From: Catajapyx aquilonaris
Taxonomy: Eukaryota
DNA length: 64,000 nucleotides
Assembly: GCA_000934665.2 (NCBI GenBank)
Contig: JYFJ02001832.1
Location: 1 to 64,000, forward strand
Reading direction: 5' to 3'
Position numbers and translations under genes: made by a program. Below the pieces are notes generated by a model. It saw only the letters and a list, made by a program, of their open reading frames with translations. It ran no database searches and was not told the DNA's origin. The number at the start of each line of letters is the position of its first letter. The stretch's first letter is position 1. Below are positions 26,975 to 39,327 of this stretch, piece after piece.

Positions 26975-27300
26975 GGGCGTATCAATCACACTATTCTGTA
27001 GCCGGCTTACACTGAGAACACGTTGGCCAGCGAATGTTGCGATGACTCGGCACCCTTCGTGGCGGCTCGTGCACTTGTACTGCGACTGTGCGAGGACAAA
27101 CCGGCTAGGGCTGGAACAGTATGGTATGGAACGTCAGTTGGAAGCAGTGGACGCCGCCTTCAGACCATCGTTCCAAACAGGGTGTGAAACCGTAGTGTTT
27201 TGGCTACCCTGTCCAGACTGCATCAAAAATGGCGGCCCAAGTGGACCTAAATGCTAGAGGATGCTTACATCATTCATGTTCATGGACCACATGATTCGGT
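26975..27300. promoter_or_regulatory. Probable bidirectional promoter shared by Translin and MPP6
   Basis: CpG-rich segment between divergent start codons about 650 bp apart; AAAATGGCGGC (YY1-like) near 27226; candidate MPP6 5' UTR intron 27487-27613. Confidence 0.55.
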
Positions 27301-27621
27301 AGGGACAAGAGTAAATAATACTAAATTTACTCTTGGTAGGGACAACTGGGGACAACTAGAAAGTGTAAATCTGGTGGATATCGGAGGAAGTGTACCAGGG
27401 ATTACCTGAAAGCTGCCTAAAAGTACCAACCAGGTACGGTCGGTAGACTTACAGCTTTGGACTTGGCACTTGGTTCGCATACACAGGTGAGGTTTGGCAC
27501 TAGAGAGTTAGTGAAGTGTTTCATATTTATATATTAACTATTCCCAAAATATTGGTATTTTTTGCACTTAAAACTTGGGGAAAATCTGTACGCACCATTT
27601 GATGTTCCAACAGCAGGAAGC

Positions 27622-28596
27622 ATGTCGTCTGAAATCATGGATGGGCCAACTCGGCTGTCAAAGAACATCCTAGAGTTGCAGTTTATGAGGAAGAGCAAAC
27701 TGGCAGCGGAGAGGTGGAGAGATGAACAATTAAGGAGACTTCTGTATGGTCATCAAGTAACTGAGGCAATGGAGTTGATTCGCTATGAGAAGCAGGCGAG
27801 TTACACTTTTTTTATGGAGATGAGGCCCAACAGGATGTCTTTTCAAGGTAGGAATCCAGGGTGGCAGACTTCCTGAGGGCCAGTTGTACTGTATTAACTA
27901 CAGAGTTAGCACCCGTTTACATATAGACTTACTCTGTAGTTAACCCTGGAACCGTGCCGTGCCTGAAAGTTACGGCAACCGTGCCGTGGGGTCTTTTCAG
28001 ATCCCATCCATATTTTTATTTTTATTAATTATTCTATAATACTTTTCAATGTATTAACTATATACAATCATTCTTTGAACAATGCCTAAAATGATCGCTA
28101 ATTCAAAATAAACATGCACTTCCTGTTATATACTGTAAAAAAATTGGCAAAAGTTCATTGTAATTATCATTTTAATGCATTTTAATTCCTTGGGGTCCAA
28201 AAAGACCCCACGGCACGGTTCCAGGGTTAACCTTAACTCATATTCCTACAACTGGCCCTACATGGCTGCATCAGGTTTATCATGGGGTATTCAGTAATTA
28301 TTAATTACTCTTATTATTTTCAAGGTATGAATCCAGAGGTGGAGGCAAAAATGAAGCGATATGAAGAAGAGAGACAGAAAAGATTGAAGTTTGGGGAAAA
28401 GAGGGAGGAGACGAGTGAGGAAAAGGAAAAGCGTGCAAGAGAAAAGAGCATTACAGATCTTGAGATGGCCCAAGTGTGGCATCGTGAGAGGAACATAAGG
28501 GGTGGTCGAGGTCGTGGTCGTGGTCGAGGGCGTGGTCGAGGGGGTGGTCGAGGGAGTCGTAATAAAACGTGGTACAGAGGTGGTAATGGAAAGTAA
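27622..28596 (+). CDS. MPHOSPH6: M-phase phosphoprotein 6-like (nuclear exosome cofactor); exons 27622-27847 and 28325-28596; 165 aa
   Basis: RLSKNILELQFMRKSK and RMSFQ-G-MNPEVE match the two conserved MPP6 blocks (LSKxLLxMKFM; GRMSFxGxNPEVE); later SITDLEMA; phase-1 GT-AG intron; AATAAA at 28736. Confidence 0.88.
27877..28258. mobile_element. Harbinger-like MITE in the MPP6 intron containing a nested piggyBac-like MITE (27944-28226)
   Basis: Outer GGGCCAGTTGTA/TACAACTGGCCC; inner TTAA|CCCTGGAACCGTGCCGTG ... CACGGCACGGTTCCAGGG|TTAA. Confidence 0.8.
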
Positions 28597-29416
28597 AATG
28601 ATCACAGTATGTCCTGTGCCAGATAAGTGAAATGATCCACATTAAGACCCACCATTTAAAATTTTGGGTGACACACTTCACCTTATGACAGGGTTTTGCA
28701 AGGTATTTATACAAAACAGGTCAAATCCCGTACTCAATAAACATTGCCAACATAATGGTTTTACTTGAATTTTCCATTTCATCATGAACCAAAGTGACGT
28801 ATCTGTGGTGGGTGATGGTGATGCCATGCTGGTGACTGATCTTCACACACACACCCTGGAGGACAGAGGCAGATGGGTCAGAGATTTAAACTTGGTACTG
28901 CAGTAAAGGGTTTTCAGGTCTTTAAATTTTGATTTGAGGTAAGTGCAGATGGATTTAGATTAGTTGAGTTTAAGAGCACGCTACTTCCTCAGTAATTAGC
29001 AAGTGAGAAAAAAATGTACCAGACAATATACCTTATTGACTTTCAAAGTGGTCTATTGCATAATATTCATCTATGTGGGTGCTCTGAAAAATAATTAAAA
29101 TATGCACGTGGTGCACTTGCCCCGCTATATGGGGTAAAGGCGATTGTGGAATTCTCTCACAGTAATAAATCTTGTTCGGATTGTATACAACTAGCGCCAC
29201 AAAGAGTCAAACTTCCTCTGTCAGTCTGTTTTAACCAAATAAAAATATTCCAAGTAGTTATTACAGGAGGAACTGTTATTCACTGCTCTGTAACAGGTTG
29301 GCTAACAGTACTGGCATTATCTGAAGGGTATAGAAAAACCAAGTGGCTAGCACAGTCCATAATACGAATGTAAGGAATACTTAAAATCCAATGTTATTGA
29401 AGTAATTGAAGTAATT

Positions 29417-30386
29417 GAAGGGGTTAGAACCATAGTGGGCCATGTCCATATTTGGGTTAAATGCAGATTCCGCCATCTATTAGCAGAAGAGGCACTTCTC
29501 TGTCCCTACACGACATGTTGAGGCCATCCTGCCTCTGTCGTGAGATATTCAGGTTGTGCAAATATCACTACTTTCCCTGTAGGGGAATTCATTGAGGGAC
29601 ATACTGGGCCATGTCCCCATGAGCCAATAGGATAGCCCCATTCTGGTCACATGGGCATGCATTCCAACATGGACGCGGACGGTGACAGGACAGCTCGAAA
29701 ACGTGTCAGTTCGTCCCATTTCAGGTGCAAAATACCGTGATTTGCAGATGTTACTGAAATATTTACCACCAAACTGGCATGACTTTTATAACAGCTTGGT
29801 TCATGATGATTAATATTGTGATTATTAAAAGATTTTCCTTGTGCCACCTATGAAAATCTTGTTTCGTTATTAAACCATGCTAGGAACAAGTATACAGATG
29901 GATTATCCAAAAATATGACAATCATTCATAATATTGATAAGAGCAAAAACATTCCCTTCAGTGAAAAAAAGAGAAGTAAGACCTCTGTGGCGGAATGAAA
30001 GTAAGCCTACTGAAACAAGGCAGGCGCACGTAAGACCTTCCCCAATTGATTTAAGCTGTACCAAAGGCCTTACTCAAGCAATTCTCAATTTACTGCTCAT
30101 ATTGATATGTTATTTTCCATTCTAGGTTGTCATTTCTTTCTGTTGAGAACCAAAGTGGTCCATGTCCAAACACTGTTTTTTCCGATCTCATGAATTCAGG
30201 TTATTTTGTGGATGCTACACAAGGTTCTACAACTTGATCAAAATATAATCAGAGGCACATAACTATGACGAATGCAATGATGTATGTATTTTGAAGTAAA
30301 CCTGCCCCAGTGATGTGGGAACTTTAGGCCACAATTTCTCAAAACTCCTCCAAGTGGACATGGCCCACTATGGTTCTAACCCCTTC
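29417..30386. mobile_element. Sola1-like non-autonomous DNA transposon
   Basis: Perfect 32-bp TIR GAAGGGGTTAGAACCATAGTGGGCCATGTCCA flanked by AATT on both sides (AWWT TSD is typical of Sola1). Confidence 0.75.
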
Positions 30387-30520
30387 AATTTATGTAGAGT
30401 ACTCTCAGAGACCTATCCCTATCCTTACATCTGACAGAAATTAGTGTGCAGCTATTAGTGCATTAGAAACTTCGTATAGAAGGCTCAAAACATTCAATTA
30501 GGTTATAATAATCATGCCTT

Positions 30521-30890
30521 GGGAGGTGTGGTGGCTGAGATGGTAACGTCTCGGCATGCTGAGTGAAAGGTTCCAGGTTCGATCCCCGCCTGAGAGTTCC
30601 ATCTCACCTGCATCAGGAGGGTCTCTAACCTGCACCTTGGAGGTGTCTGGCAACCTAACCTCCTGAGGAACAGCACATGACCCCATATCAGACATTGCAC
30701 TTCTACCCATGTTCCCTCCCCCAAAAATTCCCATCCTTACCCCATGTCCTTTCATCCTTGCACCGGAGTTAGAAGAAAAAATCAGAAAATTGAATGACAA
30801 ATGGTGGTATTCCAGCCCCCTATAAGGGCCTCTGGCCCTATCACAGGGTAACATTAAATAATAATAATAATAATAATAATGATGATGATG

Positions 30891-30927
<37 letters not shown>

Positions 30928-30930
30928 TGA
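30521..30930 (+). mobile_element. tRNA-derived SINE family A with (AAT/GAT)n tail
   Basis: Reverse-complement homolog of 24446-24810. Confidence 0.9.
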
Positions 30931-33504
30931 TGATGCCCTTGGACATCTTATCCCATCTGTGGACAGGTAGTGACCAGCACAGACGTAAAGAATTACCTGG
31001 TTATTCCATGTAAAACATGATAGATTTGGGTTGCAAACATGTAATATATTGAAAGAATAAGCTCTTTGTACCTAATAGTACACGTAATTAAGAAAATATA
31101 TATTTACGCGTATACTGATTACTTACATTTAGGCCAACTAGGTGCCACGGACGTACTGCTCTCGACGCTTCTCTTAATCTGACGTTTAAGGAAAAATAAC
31201 ATACATTCAAGCAACCAAACCCACAGATAATTGGTTGAGCTTCTCAACATGCCTGCATGAGCAAGCAAAAAAGAGACAATCCTTGCACAGTAGGCTACTG
31301 CTACACGTTTTTGTTTCTGTCCACAGCTGTGATTCAAAAACTTGTGACAAGATGGTTTGTGCAATAAAATCAATACAAATTGGAACTTGAGCACAAAAAG
31401 TGCATTAACCTTTACCTTAACTATTTCTTTCTCTGTTACTCTGCTTTAAAAAGTGAATGAATATTTTATGCCTCGCATAAAAATTGATAAAACTATGAAA
31501 GTGAGGATTGTGACATGGCGTGAACGTGACATGTCACCCTTTCGGTAGTCTAAATAAAAATGAAATAATTTTGATGGAATAGTTTTAATCTGTGTGTAGT
31601 CCACATTTCTTTGAATGTTATTTGGTTTTTATGTTGTTTTACCTTCATAAAAATTAGGGAAGACAAGAATCATCATTCTCTATATTATTTCACCTACTAC
31701 TGTATCGGGATTGTTGGTTGCATCGATGTTTGCAAAGTAATCGCGCTCCCCACTAGGTGCACCACCTTTCTGCCTCACATCCCTGCGTAGCCCCTCACCA
31801 CCGCACACCTTCCACCAGCATCTTCCCCTAGATGGTGCTCCACACGCTCCCAGGTGGCGCTTCTGTACGGACACCCAATGTATGTGGAGACCTCTTGAAA
31901 CACTGAAAATCCTGTACTGGGACCAATCATAAGTACTGTGATGACCTGGGTCATGACCTGATTAATAGTGTGCCCATTATAATCCTTATTAACCCTCCAA
32001 TAAATATTTAGTTCCTTCCATTTGCCTAGGCCCAACCTACACTCCTTCCTTTTTGCCTTGCTCCTGCTGATGTAAGGTATATTGTGTAGCATGAGGCAGA
32101 GTGGAATGTAGACCCTTGTAATGTACTATGGCGGGTTACGTTGCTGACTAGTAACTTCTCTTTTTGCTTCTCTTGGTGTCATTCAAAAGCCAATAGGAGT
32201 TAGTTAAGTATGTACGTAGATGATGCAGTCATCTGTGGCCAACCAGGTTAATTTTTGTATATAATTTTGGACCAATGATGTTATTCTGGTCACTCCGAAG
32301 CTTGAGCGAGACCAGAGAAAAAGAAGCCCGAGAGGGAGAGGTGCATGTAGTTTTTGTTGGTTAAATTTTAACTGTGAGCCGGGAGCTCTTTGAGAAATAA
32401 GATGTAACTTCTCACTGAGTCAGGTGCCCAGCCCCGGGCGTCTGGTTGGTTGGGGCAATTGGTCAGAATGGTTCATAATTACATAATAAATTGTAATTAT
32501 CATGCGAGTTTGCGGCATTGTTTTCGTTTGTAATTTGGGCGTTTGTTCCGGAACAATGCGATGTTTAGTTTCTGTTGTTCAGTGGTGATTCTACCAAAAG
32601 TTTAGTGCTGTAATGCAAATCGTGAACATTGTTGTGGAAGTGTTAATTAGGGGATAACTATGTCCTCCCAAAAGTGCATGGTTCGGTTGTAAGTGTCGTG
32701 CCTACACACATACTTTTGGTGCGTATTGTTGGCGTCCGGACAACCATCCCGAGAATCCTGAAGGAAGTCCTGAAGGATGATCACCTGCAGGAAGTCCATT
32801 CCGGAACCACCAGATGACCGCACAGTGACTTCACGTGGCCATTCCTGCGGCATGCTTTCCATCATGGACAAACAAAGCAGGAGTCAGGCACGGGCCACGG
32901 GAAAGTGCACATTGTTGATTTAATTGCAGAGATTGAAACTGCACAAACATAACTGTATTTTGTTGCTTTAGATTAATAATAACTTTATTTTGTTGCCAAC
33001 ATTCTTCCACAATTTTCCTGCGATTGCCACAACTTTCAGATTCTCAACGCGGATAAATCGGGAGTTAATCTCAATTATCCCGAGGCCTGACAGTACTGTA
33101 ATGGGCAAGTTTCTGTATGCATCATGCACCAACCTAACACCCTTTTAAGCCATACTTCAAAATAATACAGTTATCAATATTTAAAAAAAGAGTACAACCA
33201 TCAAAACTAAAATTCTTACTTTGCCCTTGTAAATCACAAACACTCACCATTGATAAGTAAATGAAAAGGCAGTAAAGTTATGTCAGCATACATGTTTATT
33301 AACTAAGGGCTTTCTGTAATCCACATGGGCAGGAAATACATTGTATTGAAACTTTTGGTCATCATACTATCATTTTTGGTAGGTCATTAAAGGGATGTCA
33401 GGTATTACTCAGGATATTTTTGGCATCTGGAAGCATATCAAGAATTCCTGCCAGGAATTGAACCTAGGGCCATGCCTCTTCTTGAGGCATTGCTCTACCA
33501 CTGA

Positions 33505-34928
33505 CAAGGGAACGGTCAAGGTCGACCTCCTCCCATTTGGTTGAAACTTGCTTGAGGGGTCATTCATGTGCGATAGACACAGTGGTGAAAGTTATAGCTG
33601 ACACTTTTCAGCCGTTTCCCAGATATGAGCAACAGAAACATCCGAATTTTGGCCCCCCTCATAGAGGTCGGGCGAGAAGGGACGAGTGCAAGAAAGAGCT
33701 GATGGTAGTCAAGTGGATAGAGCATTGGACTTGTGGTTTTGCCGGGAGCCACTCCGCCAGCTCCAAATCCCTTCTACCTTGATTCCCCCCGCCCTCTTTA
33801 CCCCCTTTTTTTCGATCCCATACACCATCCCCCACTCCCTGACAGCCATTTTTGTTTTCCATTGTTTCTTTCCTCTGGTATTTAGTATGAGACCATCAAG
33901 CTGCTTGCTTTCACTTCTGTCAACTGTGAATAAAGAGCTTCTGCACCTAAAATTTCGTAATGGGAACCTCTTCAGCATTATCAAAATATGTATGACATTT
34001 TATAATCTCTCCTGCCGCCTGGGGAACTTTCCTTTCACCTGCGTCAGGAGGGTCGCTGACCTGCACCAAGGAGGTGTCTGGCAACCTAACCTCCTGGGGA
34101 ACAGCACATGACCGCTTTACAGACCTTGCACTTGCACCTCTGTTCCCTCCCCAAAAATTCCTACCCCTACCCTACATCCTTGACTCCTTGCACCGGAGAC
34201 TGAAGTTAAAATCTAGAAAAATTGAAAGAAATGGTGGTATTCCACCCCCCTAAAAAGGCTCCACCTTATCACGGGGTAACGTAAAAAAGAAAAAGAAATC
34301 TCTCCTGCCCAATCCGATTGAGAATATGTCGATATTTTAGCAAAGCTCACATTATTTTGTAAATGTGATGTGTTTACAATTTTGTGTTCTCGTTGGGGAG
34401 CCGCGGCAAACTTATCTACTACAAACACTGATAGCGGGATAATTTTTGTGTCCAGCTTTTGCCCACTTGTTTGAACTTCGACTCACAGGTGGTATAAGCT
34501 GTGAAAGGATGGATGAGTCATCTCTAGAGGATGGTCACAGAAGTGCGCACATGTAAGTCGTAAATTGCCAGGTGGCAGAGCCGGGCCCCAATATGTACCG
34601 AAAAACGGTAGTGGGCTGCCAGCTTTTGGCCTAGGTTGAGATGAAATAGCCAGTGCGTCAGGAGCATATCGGTGTGTCAATTATTAGCGTAATATATACC
34701 CTGCTGTGAAGCATTCGCTTTGGTTATCCTTATCCCATCCATCCTTCTCGCCATCTTGCCCGACCTCTATATGCGCGGGTCCAAAATTCAAATGTTTCTG
34801 TCGTTCATATCTGGGGAACGGCTGGAAAGTGTCAGCTAAAACTTTCACCACTGTGTCTATCGCACATGAATGACCCCTCAAGCAAGTTTCAACCAAATCA
34901 GAGGGGGTTGACCTTGACCATTCCCTTG
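33505..34928. mobile_element. CAAGGGAA-terminus element, long form, 3-bp TSD TGA
   Basis: TGA|CAAGGGAACGGTCAAGGTC ... GACCTTGACCATTCCCTTG|TGA; ~175-bp TIRs homologous to 21793-22142. Confidence 0.85.
34017..34296 (+). mobile_element. 5'-truncated SINE family A nested in 33505-34928
   Basis: 13-bp TSD AATCTCTCCTGCC; A-rich tail. Confidence 0.88.
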
Positions 34929-37900
34929 TGAGCTGCAGGAACTCAAGTGAATGTATAGAAAGAGCTCAAGTGGGAGGAGGACGGGAGGGAACCACATGGG
35001 ATCAAGACCATTACAAGTCTACCTCGATGTGCAATTGGAACTACCAGTGTTCAAAAGTATTATGTTCGTACCAGAATAGTATACTTATGGACGCAACTTT
35101 TATTCAGGATTGTGAAGATTTCCACAATTACACACTGGGCAAAGAAATAACTTGCGACGCAACTGCAGTAAAAATTACTTGCAGATTTCCGAAGCAAACA
35201 CACTGGGTCATGAAAATGTTGACAGACTGCTCCACAGGAACATCAACTTTAAATCTGTGCCATAGTATTAAACTAATTAGTGGTGTGACTTGTTTGTAAG
35301 TACTTGAGCCAGGGATCAAAAGTGGGGCAGTATTAATTCGGAGCTTATGTAATATTGAAAATGTTTGTACAGCATTTACAAGTTAGTAGCACTGGTCTAA
35401 AATTGTAGCTTATTGCATTGGAACTGTCTTGGTCAGTCCACAAGTGCAAAACTATGTTGAGACAAGAAGCACTTGTAGTAAGCACACAAGGTGATGTCAA
35501 AATTAAAGTTCTAATCTGTCTTTAGTGGTAGTAGGAAGAAGCATTCTATTAACATTGTACAGTTTTACGAAGACTATGTACACTGGCCCACACACACAAA
35601 CATGCACACAATCACACACATGGCCTTCCCTGGCTGAAATACATTTCCAAAAAGAAAAATAATTGCAAGATGTATGAGATCATTTAGCTAACCTCATGGA
35701 ATGTACAACCCTGAATATCTGCCTTGACTGCATATGGAAATATACTGCATGAAATTTAAGTTAGCTCACACCTGTATTTGTGGCAATTTCGCAAGTGGAA
35801 GCTACCAGGTCATGTTGTTGCTCTGACTGCAAGGCAAGGGGAAGTGTGTGTGAGGAATAGCATCTTCCGTTCTCTTACCCACCATATACTAGGCAGGTGC
35901 AGGAATACCAACTTGACTCAGCAACATCTGCAAATTTTCACCAACATGGATATGAGCTAACTTCTGTTCCACATGGTACGTTGAACTGCACTTAATAATT
36001 AACAGTCAAACCACTATTTGCAAAAGCTGCCTGCAGGCTTACAACTTTGGACATGAGCTACGAAGGCAAGTCCCTGCAGATCAAACACTGTCATGTACTG
36101 TACATGTTTACAGAACTTTTGTCTGCATACAAACTCTCTTTTCACAACAGGTTTTGTGAGTGCTGGAAAAAAGCTGACATTGAATCTATATACCAGCATA
36201 TATACACAAAATGCAATAGGATTCTGTGTGTGCCATGGCAGGTCAACTTGTATGAAGCGTCTCACATTTTGGGGGAAGCACCTAAAGAAAAATAATTTGT
36301 TCGCATTCTACTGCTGCACAATTCTCTCTCAATTACTGTACAGCACATAGTACCAACACTTTGCTGTATGATGTATGCTCCAGCCACTTAATTTTCTCAA
36401 AAATCAATCAGCTCATAGCAAATATGGTCAGGAACAGAAAGTACAGTACCTTTCCATATCTGTAATGGTAATTTATTATATTTGTATGTCTAGCAAGGTC
36501 AGGTCAATGCAGAGGTTCATTCAGATTTGTCACAATTTTTGGCAGTTCCTATCTTCTCGACACAAAATATTCATCCATGATCAGGACTTGAGGCGGTAAA
36601 CCAAGCCTTGATACTATTGTCTAACATGGAAGCTTTTTTGCTGCAAAATTCTCTATGGTAGCTTATGATTTTGAGCCAGGTGTCCCAAGTAATGTTCTTC
36701 ATAATTTTTGTTGTACTTAACAGAATCATTTATTTTGCTCTCTGCAAATTCTTGCTGTAACCATATCAGCAAGCTCTGTGACACTTTCTTAAAACCTGAT
36801 AACTACATGATACCTTGCTGTAAATTAATACAGGTCAAAAATAAGCATCCATCATGCTGAGAATCAAGTTTCATGCTTCTCATTTTGTAGACGAATTTTT
36901 AAGAATATTGTACTGGAGAAGAGTCTTATTGATAAAGAAAAACACCAAATGAAGAAATTTTCAATAATTACACCAAATATCTTTTTGGATCAATTTGGGA
37001 AGGTTCCCAGACCCCCAGTACTAGACTGCTGCCCTAGGACTCAACAACTTCTAACACCTACCCTTGCCCAAGACGGATCATTTTGAGGATAGGCATCGTG
37101 GGCCTCCACAGCATAGTTGCTCAGATAATTGGCTTCAAACACATGGTATAAAATATATATCATGGCATGCATGCGTCCCTCTATGCAACCCTACCTGTTT
37201 CATTTAAATTTTAGGTGTTACCATGCAATTTAAATTTAAGGTATTATCCCATCAGGCGCAGCCGGCAATGGCCTAGGCGATGGATGTGTCATAGGCTGCA
37301 TCCATGATATACTTGCCCAACCTCAGTGTAGTTTGCCCACCCCCTCCAAAAAATGGAGAGGTGGGGTAATTTTAAAAATGTGATAAAAAATCACCATTAA
37401 GATTATCTGGACTTTAGAATAGATAATTATTATGAAACGTAACAATGTAGTTAGGGGGACACCAAAGTTGAAGTTGATTTGACAGTTAACAACTGAAATA
37501 AATATCATTATATCTTGGATTGTGAATTTCTGTGCGGTCTGGTGAAAATTGCTCCCACGACATTTTGTTACTTAGCAGGACATTAATTTTAATAATGAAC
37601 CTGAGGGGCCACACAAACCCGAACACAGGATTAAAATTAATTACAAAAAAAACACCAGGTTGGGCAAGTAGCACTCATTATTTAATGCTAATTAGCTCAG
37701 TAACTAGCCTGCTGAGACCCATGATGGCTATACTTAAAATGATAGCCTAGAACCCCTCCACCATCCCCTAATGTGAAGGCATGTTAGATTCCCACACCCT
37801 GTATATCCATCAAGAAAGCAAATGGCAATCCAGACCCCCAGTCTCCTCTGAATCCCACTCGGGCTCTGACCCAAAGAAGGTACATAGGGATGATGAAACC

Positions 37901-38100
37901 TGGTAGTTAAGGTGGAGTAAGTGATGTTAGGATACAGTCCAAAACACCTGTGGCATTATCTCATGCATCACGTGGCAACTCCACCTGAACCACTAAGCTT
38001 AATCATCCCAATATATCTGGTGTGGGTCAGATGAGGGGTGTGGAATGAAAAAAAGTCAATGGGTCTGGACTGCCATGCTCTCATTGTCATCCTGATGCTA

Positions 38101-38459
38101 TTTTTCTCTTAGGCACAACTTTCAAATTGAATCTCAAAGAAGCACTTCACCAGGATGTCACAAGATGTAATTATTGCTATACCTGTGTTGGTTGTACCAA
38201 AGCAACTAAGGCTATCTGGCAATCGTATAGTGGGTTTTTGGTAGTGGGAGGAAATGAGAGAACCCCGAGAGAACCCCGAGAGAACCCCGAGAGAACCCCG
38301 AGAGAACCCCGAGAGAACCCCGAGAAAACCCAGGCAAACACGGTGAGAACACATTGAAACTCTTTCCACGTAAGTGTCCTCCACCCGACCCGGGGATCGA
38401 ACTCAGGACCTTAGAGGTGGAAGGCTGAGGCATTAACTACTACACCACCGGGTCGCCCC
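38101..38459 (-). mobile_element. tRNA-headed SINE with V-domain-like core and internal 11-bp tandem array (38256-38321)
   Basis: TGGTGTAGTAGTT A box, GAGTTCGATCC B box, GAGTTT..TGTGTTCTCACCGTGTTTGCCTGGGTTTTCTC core; (GAGAGAACCCC)x6. Left boundary is approximate. Confidence 0.7.
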
Positions 38460-39327
38460 TAAACTTATAAGTATGAGATGATTGCTTAATGCATGAAGTT
38501 CATAGCAACCTGGCCTGTTGGTCTACGGAAATCTACCAGAGACATAGACAGACATAGTGTGTTCCTCATGAACTCCTTTCAGATAATCATAGTTCTGAAA
38601 TCAAAACTACCATACATCTAAAACCTTGCATGGACAACCAAACTGCCAAAAAAATGTTTCATGGACCCAAATCAACTCTGCACTCACAAACCCCACTTAT
38701 ATTTTCACAATACTGTACTAGCCTTTTGGAATGCTTACAAAACTGAAGCACTAACAATATTAATGTTGCAGTACTGTACATATTGCTTAAGTTCCTCTTC
38801 TTCAAGAGCAAGAAAGGTCAATGGGAATGGCTCAGTAGGGTAAGAGGTACATTAGGAAAGTACCAGCAATTGTGCTTATGGCTGCCAGTAAGAAACAGCA
38901 TCACATGTTTCCAATAATTGTTTAAATATTAAATTCAATTACCAGACTTACTGGTCAGCTCAAAAAAGGTATCTCATTCTGAAGAGAACTGTTGTTTTTT
39001 CCATTGTACACTGGGGAAGGAAGTGCGGGCTTAATTATATTCCTGGCAAGTAGCCCTTACAAATACCTGAACTTGTCATCAAGAACTAGAACAATTTCCC
39101 TACCCTGAGTATTGGTTCCAGAAAAAAATTAAATTTTACAAAGGTTCTTGAGATTCCTCCCCTCCATNCCCCCCCCAATAATATGGAAAATTTTCCAGTC
39201 TTTTCAAAGTCACATACTAGCCTCCTTAATAATGCATCATACACAATGACCATGTCGGCATCTGTCAAAATCTCCACTTCCTCATGGCCTACTTGCCTTA
39301 GCTCTTATGACTGACTAGTAATAATAA

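Noticed and set aside
28291..28605. Antisense Thr/Pro-rich mucin-like ORF
   Set aside because: It is the reverse complement of the MPP6 RG-repeat exon.
32117..32483. Possible solo LTR (TGTAA...TTACA)
   Set aside because: No matching TSD, PBS/PPT or second copy in the window.
38256..38321. Regular short repeats that could be mistaken for a CRISPR array
   Set aside because: Contiguous 11-bp units with no spacers, inside a SINE, in a eukaryotic genome.
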